A stretch of 64,000 bases of DNA from Saccostrea echinata (taxonomy: Eukaryota), in the NCBI RefSeq assembly GCF_033153115.1, contig NW_026889758.1, positions 50,096,001-50,160,000 of the forward strand, in the 5' to 3' direction. The number at the start of each line of letters is the position of its first letter. The stretch's first letter is position 1. The translations under genes were made by a program, and so were the position numbers. Below are positions 36,660 to 64,000 of the stretch, in pieces. Under the pieces are notes generated by a model. It was not told where the DNA came from, did not search any database, and was given only the letters and a program-made list of their open reading frames with translations.

Positions 36660-37717
36660 CAGAGCTCCCACTGGAGCGAAAATATTTTTCGCCACTTTTC
36701 ACGATGAAAGGAATTGCATTCTTACATCTTGTCTCGACAAGTGTATAATTATTATGCTAAACACTCCACTAATCACACTATTTCAATTTGTTTATATCAC
36801 AGGCATTGTTTTAAAATTGTAAAATTGAAACCTGTATCCACTTACAAAACTAATATAGGAATTATTTCCACTTTTATACAATTAATTTGATACTGATATT
36901 AGCCAACTCTTGACAGTAGATGTCCTCTTGTTCATAACATTTTTTTTTTGAGCCTGGGGAGGGGGGTTACAGACTTAGTAAAGATATATGACATTTTTTT
37001 AAAAATGAAAAAATAATATAATAAGTAAAAATTTTAATCATATCAACAATTTATTGTGAAAAGAAGTAATTAAAATCAGGTTTAAATCTTGGCTTAATTT
37101 AACAGCTTGGACACTGGGTGTATGCATGTTAATTCACATAATTGAAAATAATTCAGCATAGTTGACAAAAGTATTGTTTTGTTTCCAAGCCAGTATTTTT
37201 CACTCTTTGTCAGTTTATAGAATAATGAACACACTATTTTAACTTTAATCAGGTAAAATTAGCAGCCATGCTCTGCAATTTTTGTCATGTTTTCCTACTT
37301 TCATTTTTAAAAAACAATCTATGTAGATCCAGATTTTATTGATTATAGTCTTTTATTAACTAATTACATCTCCCCAAAACACTTTGTCTTTCCTTTTTTA
37401 ATCCATTTTATGTTATTTCAAGTAATTTTGTATCCCCTTACTGCTCCAGACAAAAGTTACCTAGTCAGCTGTATGCGTTCAAGCGAGATGTCATTTCCTA
37501 CATGTACATTGTTTTCACACCCTGAATACACACGTCTGCTTGCATTAAATAAACAAAGGGGCTAATCTGTATACATTGAATAAACAAGGGAGATAGCTAT
37601 GAGTACACACACTTTTGTATGGTATATCTAAAAAAAATTTCATTTATGCCACTTTTGAATTTTTTTTTTGCCACTTTTGAAAAAATTCACAATTGGCGAA
37701 TCACAGCTCGAGCCCTG
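36660..37717. mobile_element. Non-autonomous hAT element
   Basis: CAGAGCTC...GAGCCCTG ends with a perfect 8-bp TSD ATTTATAG (36652-36659, 37718-37725). Confidence 0.85.
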
Positions 37718-37973
37718 ATTTATAGCCAAAATATAATTTTTTTTATTTTTTGCACTGTAAATTTATATCCCGCTTGCGATGTTATCAAACTGCTATTATA
37801 TCCCATTTTGGCGATTGGTCCCAACATGTCCAAGACAATAAAAAATTTAAAGAGAGATATGTTTCTTGCAACCCAAATGAGAACAATCGGCTTTTTTTCC
37901 ACGAAGTTTGTCTTGTGCTAAAATGAAGTTTGTCTATTGATTATCATTTAGAAAACAACAATTAAGAAAAGAA

Positions 37974-54653
<16,680 letters not shown>

Positions 54654-57073
54654 GAGTTGATACAAATGTGTTTAAAAGGCAGAATGGAGAACAGAAATAT
54701 GAATAAGAAAAAGATAATTTGTGTTGGAAAAATTGTTTTGTGCAACTGACATTTGAAAACAAATGTGTACTTTTTATTGCAGAGTACTTGCAAGTCTTGT
54801 GTTTAGATGTACATGTTTCTTAATTTCTTTCCTCATTGTGCATAGGAATTTTTATGTGGCTTTAAAGCTTGAAAGTATCGTTGAATTTATTAGTTCACCC
54901 ATTTTTTTTTTAGCATGATATTTTATGAGAATATATGTTTTGTGTTGGAATCCATAGAAACTTGATCATGTTTTCAAATTTATACAAAGTTTGCATATTG
55001 TGTATGTGTATTTGTGACAGAATCTGTCATTTTAAATATTATATTTTAGGTCTCTTTCCTGAATATTCTAGCTATATAAACAAAGAACATAAGATGGCAG
55101 TGAGTATTTTTAAAGACACTTCTAAGATACATGTACATCAGGAAAATAGATACATTATTTTGAAGGTGTTATATTTTTTATGTAAACAGACGATCTGCTT
55201 TTCATTTGATATTTCAGAAATTCTGAATTCAGTATTGTAATAATATGCATATTTTGTCACAATAAAGGAAATTGTAGACATTACGTTGTTAAAAAGTTTG
55301 TGTCGGTGGATGTCATTATGAATATTAAAGAATAAATCAAATTTTGCGAGACTATGGCTGACAAATAATGAATATAATGGGATTCGGTACTCAGTATACT
55401 TTAACCCTATATCAGGCTTTGTGATTGAGTATTGTTATAGAAAGAAATTTATTGGGTGTCTTACAAATAGAAAATTTTCTTTTTTTACGTATGGGCGAAA
55501 AAGGGAAAGAACTTTTTTTTTTAATTTGAAAATGGAAAAAAATGAGATACTCATTTTTCAAAATGTGAATAAAATTGTTCAATAATGCAGTGCTCGAGAA
55601 ACTATATATTATTATGGGGGGAGGGGGGGCTTTATATACATACATAGTTTACTCTATGCCTTGGATTACCCATTATTAGATTAGATAGTTGATCATTCAC
55701 AGTAAGCATTTACATGTATTACTAATTAAGAAACATGAAAAGAACAAAATGTTATGACTGTAGAATTTTGGGAGAAATTATCAAACTGCATATAAAGAGG
55801 AAGTAATGAAAATATGTTTATTTCATGAAGAAGAGTTGAATTTTGAAATGACATTATAAGGTATTTGGTAATGCTTCTCAAGTAATGATGGCACTGATCT
55901 GCTATTTTGCTTATAAAATCCTGTATACACTTGAATTCATATTTATCAAGAAATTCAACTGACAGAGCATATGTAATGAGCCATACTTTCCTAATCTGAA
56001 TGTGATTCCCTGACTAAAACACCTCCATTACATACCTACATGTAGCTATCCTTGGACATAGGTTAACTTTAGGTTAGAGGTCAATATTTATCCACTACAA
56101 AAATGTACAATGGCTTGGTTAGAAGTGAAATTAGCTTCTTGCTAGAGAATAATTTGAGATTTAGCAAACATTACTCATCCGATCGGCATCAGGCCAAGAT
56201 AAAACTTTAAAATTTTATAGACTTTCCATATTTGCAAAGAACTTCCAATGGAAGACCTATAAACCTCTGCTGGCTTTTGAAGTTTCTTGTATGATATTGT
56301 CTCTAAGGATAGTACAGATTAATTGGACGCGGGTTATATTTGATGTTTTGGTAATCCAAAATGTGAAGTTGAGGCTTCATCCAAGTGACCCACACCAACT
56401 ATCATGTTTAACTATCATTCTTATTTTTTTTCAGTTTTATATAAGACAAATTTGTGGAGGAAAAAACACATTTAAGCTTCATATGGATAGTTCTATAAAC
56501 AATAAAGAGAGCATTTTATTTCGTAAATTCTAGCATTTTTAACTGAAGTCCGTTATTAATACATCAAATATAAACAAATAACTGTGAGAAGGATATCACT
56601 ATACATTGTTTTATTTGTGTTTAATTCGTGACACTGATACGGAACCTTTTCAACATCAAGTCCGCAAAGTCAAAGTTTACCAATCAGACTTATTAAACGT
56701 ACGAACTATCTTTTTCTTAAATGAATTTTGGTCATGCTATTTGCAGTAAAATATTATGGATGAAAAATGGAATTTAGTAAATTTCAGAACCATACTAAAA
56801 ATAAAATTTTTAAATAAAACAATAAGAAAGCACCTTTTTAAGGTACAGATTTATCATTATATGTATTTATAATCTCTGTATTGCGTAAAAACATTTTTAC
56901 GTTCTCAACTTATTGTTTCCTGTAAATAGCACATACTCATTATCTTGCGTAAAAATAGAAAACAATGTAGGACTACTACAAAGTCAGAAAAATTGCAATG
57001 TTTTTGCAATGTTGCAAACCGTTGCTGTTGCTGTATTGGGAGGAGAAAATTATTGAAGTTAAATGATACCAAA

Positions 57074-60000
57074 ATGGACGTCCAGTATTATTACGCTTGG
57101 TTGTTACTTATGTGTATACACAGGCTCAGAGCAGGTGCGATGTTCTTTATCAGTTGATTAGATCTTTATTGTTTTTGACGTACACTTTTTTATTTTTGCT
57201 TATGGCTACAATTAACCTGTATAAATATTTCAATTTTCTTTAATAATTGTAGAATTTTATTGTAACTTAGTGTTTATCTGTTCATGCTATTCATTATTTG
57301 TGTGTCAAAAATATCCAAATAATAAATGACCTGGACAGTCATCTTTGTTCATGTCAGCCTATTTGGATCGTAGAACTCAGCAACGTTATCTTTTAGAATG
57401 CCATCAGTAGATTTTTTTTTAAAATTTTATTCTACCTTGAACTTGTTTTTGCATACACAATAACACTTATTCATTTCAGTAGCTACAGCTACATAGACCA
57501 ACATTTATCTTAAGTAGTAGTAATTATTTACAGTGAATTCACACTTCAAGGGAGTGATTTTTATTTGCTTTAATTCTAAAACATAATTGTAAACAGATAT
57601 ATTAATGAAATACATTTTAACAAATAAAAACTCTTTGTTCCAGGCATTTTCTTGTAAGTATTAGGTGCCGTTTTGGTATTTGTCTAGTGATATTACCTAT
57701 TTGAACCATAGACACTCCCCAGCTTAATTGTTGAAAAATATATATATATCTACTATACTATTAACATAATGTTAATAGTATAGTAGATATATATATATTT
57801 TTTTCAACAATTAAGCTGGGGAGTGCCTATGATTTGAACAGGTGATATGACCTATTCAAACAAGTGATATCACTCATTCAAATTTAATAGGTGATATCAC
57901 CTATTCAGTTAGGTGATATCACTCATTTATATAGGTATTTGCAATAAGTACGTGAAATCACCTATTTGAATAGGGAATATCACCTTTCAGATTGAAAAAT
58001 TTATATCACCTATTTGAATAGGTGATATCACCTATTCATTTACACAAATAAGTGATATCACCTGTTTGCATTTCTTTCTTCAAGACAATCTAGCTTCAAT
58101 GCACGTAAAGGATGAAATTTCAAAAGGCTTGTGAAGAATAATTTTACTTTCTTAGCATTGATTCAAAAATGATGATATTGATTTTGTTACTCTTAAACAA
58201 ACTTTTTTAAAAAGACAAAAGATTCTCTGGACCTGTTGAACTTATTTTGAGCCATATCCTTTACTATATTGGTATTGATTGATCAGATAATTTGAAGGTT
58301 TTCTGAGATCTCCTTTTTGGCACAAAGGAGGGTGTGTGTGTGGAGGGCACTGTTCTTGTTATATATACACAAAAATGGGTCCATAGAACAATCTGATTTT
58401 ACATATGATTTCGACTGATGCTAAGCAAATTCAGACTGTTCCCCTGTGTTTTAGTCTGAGACAATTTTAAAAAATGTTATCATTCCCCGGGAAGTTATAT
58501 ACATTTTACTTGCTATCAGTTTTGCTATATTTATTGATACTTTCTCTCTGTTATTAATGTACAAAGAGATTGAATTTTTTACCTCCAATATAGAGTTAAT
58601 GTATGCAGTAAATGTATAATCTTGGGAGCATTTGTTATTTCATACATACCTGGTAGTTTGAAAAGGTAATATCACCTTTTTCGAATAAGTGATTGTACCT
58701 ATTACATGTATATTCAAAATGATATTATACTCAAAGTGTTAACAACTATTCCAATAGGTGATATCACCCATTTGACTTGAATGAGTGATATTACCTATTT
58801 GAATAGGTGATATCACCAATTCAAATCCAATAGTTGATGTCACCTATTCAAATTCGAATAGGTATTATCACAATTCAAAATGATGCAGAATAGGCATTAG
58901 CTGAATAAGTGATATAGTAGGTGATATCACCTACTGGAATATATGATATCACCTAATCGAATAGGTGATATCACTTAATGGCAGGAAATACCAAAATGGT
59001 GATATCACAAATTTAGATAAGTGACATCACAAAATCAAATCAAATAGTTGACATCATTTATTCAAAAAGGTAATATCACCTATTGAGTAGGTGATATCAC
59101 AATTCAATAGATGAATAAGTGATATCGCTTACTGTAATAAGTGATATCACCTATTCCAATAGATCACTTAATTGCAGTTAATACCAAAATGGCCCCTGAT
59201 ATAGTAAGTCTTGAATGTTTTACTGTATTAGATAGAACATTATTCTTTCCTATGGACTCTGTTTAATGATGTAATTCACTCCATGTATGGGAATATAGCA
59301 AAATATAGCAAAATATATAGAGGCAGATAATTCTTGTCTACACATATACTATATGAGCAATTCAGAGAGTTTAGAATGTCATCATGATGCCCCACCCTGA
59401 CAATGGGAAAAATTATTCTTCATTGCCATTATATCAAGCTTTAGCATAAATTCATATCTTATTTTGAACTAGGATTTTCATAAAAAGTTACATATCAATA
59501 TTTAATCACGTCACATACATAGATGCTGATACATTTATAGAAAAGTTGTCCCTTGTGAACTAACAATGGTTTGCCTATAGATAAAAAAAACCTCTGATGT
59601 GCAAAGGGTTGTTGTTGTTAAATATGCATCTTATTTTATAACCTGTAGTGGAATATTAGATAAGTGGAGCAATATGCTATCATCTGAACATGTAAATTCA
59701 TATAATTTTCATTCAAAGACTTATTATTTCTTTCAGCTTCATTCTTTGGAGACAGTTACTTAAACCTTCCATTTGTAAACAGTAGAGAGGTGGAGCTGAA
59801 ACTTCGATTTTTGACCTGGCAGTCACATGGTCTTTTGTTTTTGGCTCGGGGATCCACAGATTACCTATACCTTTATCTACAGGATGGTCATGTCCAGATT
59901 GAAGGAGATTTTGGATCTGGATCACTGACCTGGAAATCCCAACAAACAAAGAATGATGGGAACTGGCATCACCTTGTAATCCAGCAAAATACACAGTATT

Positions 60001-63000
60001 TAACAGTTACTTTTGATGCTTTGGAGAGTCAGATTAGCATACCAGGAAAGTTCCATGAGCTGAATGAAAATGAAGTCTTTGTTGGTGGAATGCAGAAGAC
60101 CACAAGTTTTTCGAAAAAATGGACATATTTTCGTGGTTGCTTGGGAGATGTGGAGTTTAGCAAGTATGATATTATAAGCAATGCCCAAAAATTGAACAAT
60201 TCAGGGGCAGTGCATCACATGTCCTGGGACTGTGCCATGGAAATTAAAGCCAAGTCATCCTTACCAATCAATTTTCATTCTAATGTGTCTTTTGCTGCAT
60301 TTCATCACCTACCATTCACAAACACAGGATCCATTTCTGTACAGTTTAAAACTTGGACCGAAAATTCACTTTTATTATTCAACCTTGCAAGGAAAAACAA
60401 TAAAGATTTGTTGGCTGTTGAAATAATATCAAAGAAGCTTAAACTTACTTTGAACAAAGGGGGTGACAATGTTGTGATGAATTCAGATTTGATCATCAGT
60501 GATGGAAAATGGCATTTACTGATCATACAGTGTAAAGACAAAGAGGTGAGATTTATTGTGGATAAAACTGAACAATCAGCAATGTTTGATGATACAAGCA
60601 GAAGTAATTTTGAATTTTCTGGGCATTTTTTCTTGGGAGGGCTTACATCTCATGTGTTAGCTCATGCTGTGGATAAAAACATCGAATCGCTTTCAAAAAC
60701 TGCAGGTCAAGGGCATTATATTGGATGTTTGAAAAATTTATCTATAAATTCAAAATTGTATGGATTTCAACAAATGCAACTTAGCCATGATCTTAATACA
60801 GACTGTGGAAACGTGTCAGAATGCACTGAAAACTGTCAAACTACAACCACCAAATCAACATTCAGTTCCCATAATTCCACACCAGTTTACGAAGACCAGT
60901 ATGTTGAAGTCAGAGGGGTGACACTCAAAGAAGGAGCAGAAAAGCTAATTACCACTGACAATATTTATGTTCTAGTGGATTACAAGGAACTTAAAATTAG
61001 AGAGTCAGCAATTCAATTTGATTTGATGCGATTTCCAAAACATGGACATCTCTTAATTGATCTTGGTAGAAGAAGAAGAAACAGGGATGTTTTTACACTT
61101 TTGGATTTACAGGGGAGAAAAGTGAGCTATGTTCATGATGGATCAGAGACCACAAGAGATGAAGTAACCCTCAATATGAAAATAGCCACGGACACTTACA
61201 GTGATGTCGCAGAAATGCAGAAATCATATACTTTCTTGTTACCATTCTACATAGAGCCAGTGGATGATAAGCCAAAATTAAACTTACTTAACAGCACTCA
61301 GAACGAAGTGTCATTAACAATGGCTAAAGACACTAAGCTGAGGATAACTAAATCTATTATTGAAGTCATCGATCCAGACTCTTCACCAACCAGTTCTCAG
61401 ATATCAACAGTGTGTACCTCAAGAACACCTGGCAAGTCTTCTGGTCACTTTATGGCTTTGGATAAACCTACCCAAGACAGAACAAAATTCACATATCAAG
61501 AAATTTTAGATGGCAAGATCTGGTTTTCATCTGGCCCAGATTCATCATCCTGCTTGCTGACCATTGGTGGGTATTCAAAAAGGTTAAATATTAATGCAGT
61601 GTCTGTTTCTCTTCACCTTAACAACACAGGCATTAGAGTCACACAAGGCAGCCATGTTGTAATTAGTAAGAAGAATCTGTTGGTCACCAATAATGTACCA
61701 ACCCAAGGGTTGGAAATCAGGTACCGAATCACCACTCCTCCAGAATTTGGAGAAATTCAGAGAAGGATGTATTCTAATGATTCTTGGCAAAGTGTGGACA
61801 CCTTTGCCCAGCGCCATATTGATAACAATCAGATACGATACATAAATAGAGACAAACAGTACCTCGTACAGTATGACAGATTTTCAATAGAAATCTCTAT
61901 GCTAAACACTACCATAAAAGGCCTTGTGTACGTTTTAGTAGATCGACTTAGAATTGATATTGTTGGCATCAATAAAGTGACACTCCAACAGAATCAATTC
62001 AAAATTATCTCAAAAGATGAGTTACAAGCTAAAACAAATGACCAATGGTACGAGTCCAAAAGCATTAAATTTTCCATTTTGAGAAGACCACATAGAGGAA
62101 ATATTTATCGCATACATCACAGCAACATTTCAGAAGAATTAATTACCGAGATGACTCCACTGTCAGGCAGTGATATCTTTAGCCAGGAGGATGTGAACAG
62201 TGGATATATTGTTTATCGACTGCACCGCATGACTTACGAGAAAACAACGGACTTCATCGATTTTAGAGTTACAGCTCCACCAGCCGTTCCCAAGCTGATG
62301 CGACTTAATGTGGAATTTATTCCTCGCCAGACTCAAGTGCGCTTAACTAACAATTTGCTGGATACAGTTCTAGAAGGGAAAGAAGCAGTGATAACAAAAG
62401 ATTTTTTGTACCTGGAAACAGATGACTATCAAAATTTTGAATTCGATGTTGTGGATTTTCCAAAACATGGGACTTTGAAATTAAAGAATGGATACAAGGG
62501 GCTTGTACAACTAAGAAAAAATGAAATTGCAAGATTTTCTAATGCAGACATTAAAAATGATAGACTTGTGTATGAACATGATGATACAGAGAATGATAGA
62601 GACAGCTTTGCTTTTGTTGCGTCTCCAATCCTTACTTCAGCAACTTCATTCCCAGCCAAAGTGCAAGAATTTAGTGGAAGATTCCACATCCGCATAGTCA
62701 TGAGAAATGATAATCCACCAAAAAGAGAAGTGGATAAACCTTTCAGGGTGGTATCTAACAAGGAAAGACTAATTACAGTGGATGATCTCAGTTTTTCTGA
62801 TCCAGATATGGATTATAATTCCATGGATTTAAGATATGAAAGAGAGAAAATTCCAAATGGTGAAATTTTTAATAGTGAGGATGGGAAGGCTGTTTTAAGC
62901 TTTACTCAAGGAGATATTGTTGAAGGAAAAATCAAATTTCGCCATCATGGATTAGAAAATAGCAAGGTGTTGATGAAAGTTTATGATGGGAATTACATTG

Positions 63001-64000
63001 AACATTTTCTGTTTAGCATACAAGCAGGGAGTCCTTATATTGCAATCCAAAATAACACTGGTGTGTATGTTCAGGTTGGAGAAGATGTTAACATTAGTAC
63101 TTATAATCTAAGTATTGAAACCAATGTGAATGTGAAACCAGAGGAGATAACATTTGTAATGATAGAGGAGCCATTACGTGGCAACTTGAAAATAAATGGA
63201 CAAACTCTGACTCAATTTACCTTAAAGGACTTAATGGACGGCTCAGTGAAATATAGTCACACACATGGAGGAATGGGTCAGGATTATTTTAAGTTTGCTG
63301 TTGTTGCTGGGGAAGCCAGGACACAAGACCAGTTCAGGATTCATATTTTGCAAGGTACCCCATCACAGATCCCAAGAGTTATCAATAACAATGTTCTTCA
63401 AGTTCAAAGTCTGAAAAGTATTGTCATCAGTAAATCTCATCTAGAAGTCTTTAGTTCACTGTCACAACCATCATCCATTGTGTACACCATCCAGAACAGA
63501 CCAAGATATGGAACAATTTATGTTACATACAGATCTGGAAGTAGACAGCAGAATAGCTTCACCCAGTGGGACATCAACTCTGGAGTGGTCTCCTACCGAC
63601 ATACGCAGAAAGGACACAGAACAGACTTCTTCACATTTGACGTGGCAGATGGAGTAACAGGTCAAAGGTTACGTGGACTGACCTTTGGCATTGAGGTCTT
63701 ACCACCACCATTAGATATTGAAACCAGGAACCTCTCTATCAGAGAAGGAGGAAAGAAACCTTTATCACCAGCTGATATTGTTTTAAAATTCACATCACCA
63801 ACAAACCAGACTGTTGTCTTCCATGTGGTGAGACAGCCAAGGCATGGCCATTTAGAATTAATCGAAAAAAGAAATGAGGCACTGTCCTCTTTTACAATGG
63901 ATGACTTGAGGCAAGGAAGGGTTTATTATGTACATGATGGAAGTGACTCAGAGTTTGATGAAATGATCATCAAAGGTCAGATGGGGGGTAAAGAGGAAAC
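57074..64000 (+). CDS. CSPG4: Chondroitin sulfate proteoglycan 4 (NG2/Kon-tiki)-like, 5' part
   Basis: Signal-peptide exon 57074-57134 (MDVQYYYAWLLLMCIHRLRA, phase 1) joins a large exon 59737-64000+ starting ASFFGDSYLNLP..LRFLTWQSHGLLFLARG. Two laminin-G domains (NDGNWHHL, SDGKWHLL) are followed by CSPG repeats (YVHDGSE, YEHDDTE, YVHDGSD) in the same frame to the window end. Confidence 0.88.
57661..59199. mobile_element. MITE-like element with AATAGGTGATATCACCTATT palindromic tandem repeats
   Basis: TA|TTAGGTGCCGTTTTGGTATT ... AATACCAAAATGGCCCCTGA|TA. Many GTGATATCAC units at 57690-58065 and 58665-59160. Confidence 0.75.
57707..57831. mobile_element. 125-bp hairpin MITE with CATAG ends and an 8-bp TSD (P-element-like)
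   Basis: Near-perfect palindrome. ATTTGAAC is duplicated at 57699-57706 and 57832-57839. Confidence 0.85.

Overview
AT-rich, intron-containing animal DNA. The repeat landscape and gene content point to a bivalve mollusc, probably an oyster (inference). Five host genes can be assembled with consistent splice phases: the 5' part of a temptin-domain gene (-), a 6-exon peroxisomal (SKL) sarcosine-oxidase-like flavoprotein (+), the oligoribonuclease REXO2 (-, 6 exons, 15-kb intron 2), the dsRNA-binding zinc-finger/DZF gene ZFR (+, 23 coding exons including one GC-AG intron), and the start of a CSPG4/NG2-like gene (+, runs off the window). Introns and intergenic DNA are packed with nested mobile elements: a 2-kb foldback element with CAC ends, a decayed Tc1, two Spy-type elements (AAA|TTT, no TSD), a very young pol-less LTR element with a zinc-knuckle/coiled-coil ORF, an intact 4-exon hAT transposon, Helentron-type non-autonomous elements, SINEs and MITEs. 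The most interesting unexplained structure is a ~100-nt long-range RNA duplex in a ZFR intron (51174-51270 pairing with 51713-51839). It links a cryptic stop-containing 3' splice site to the normal one, which makes it a candidate autoregulatory splicing/editing switch. All calls are by eye; no database searches were run.
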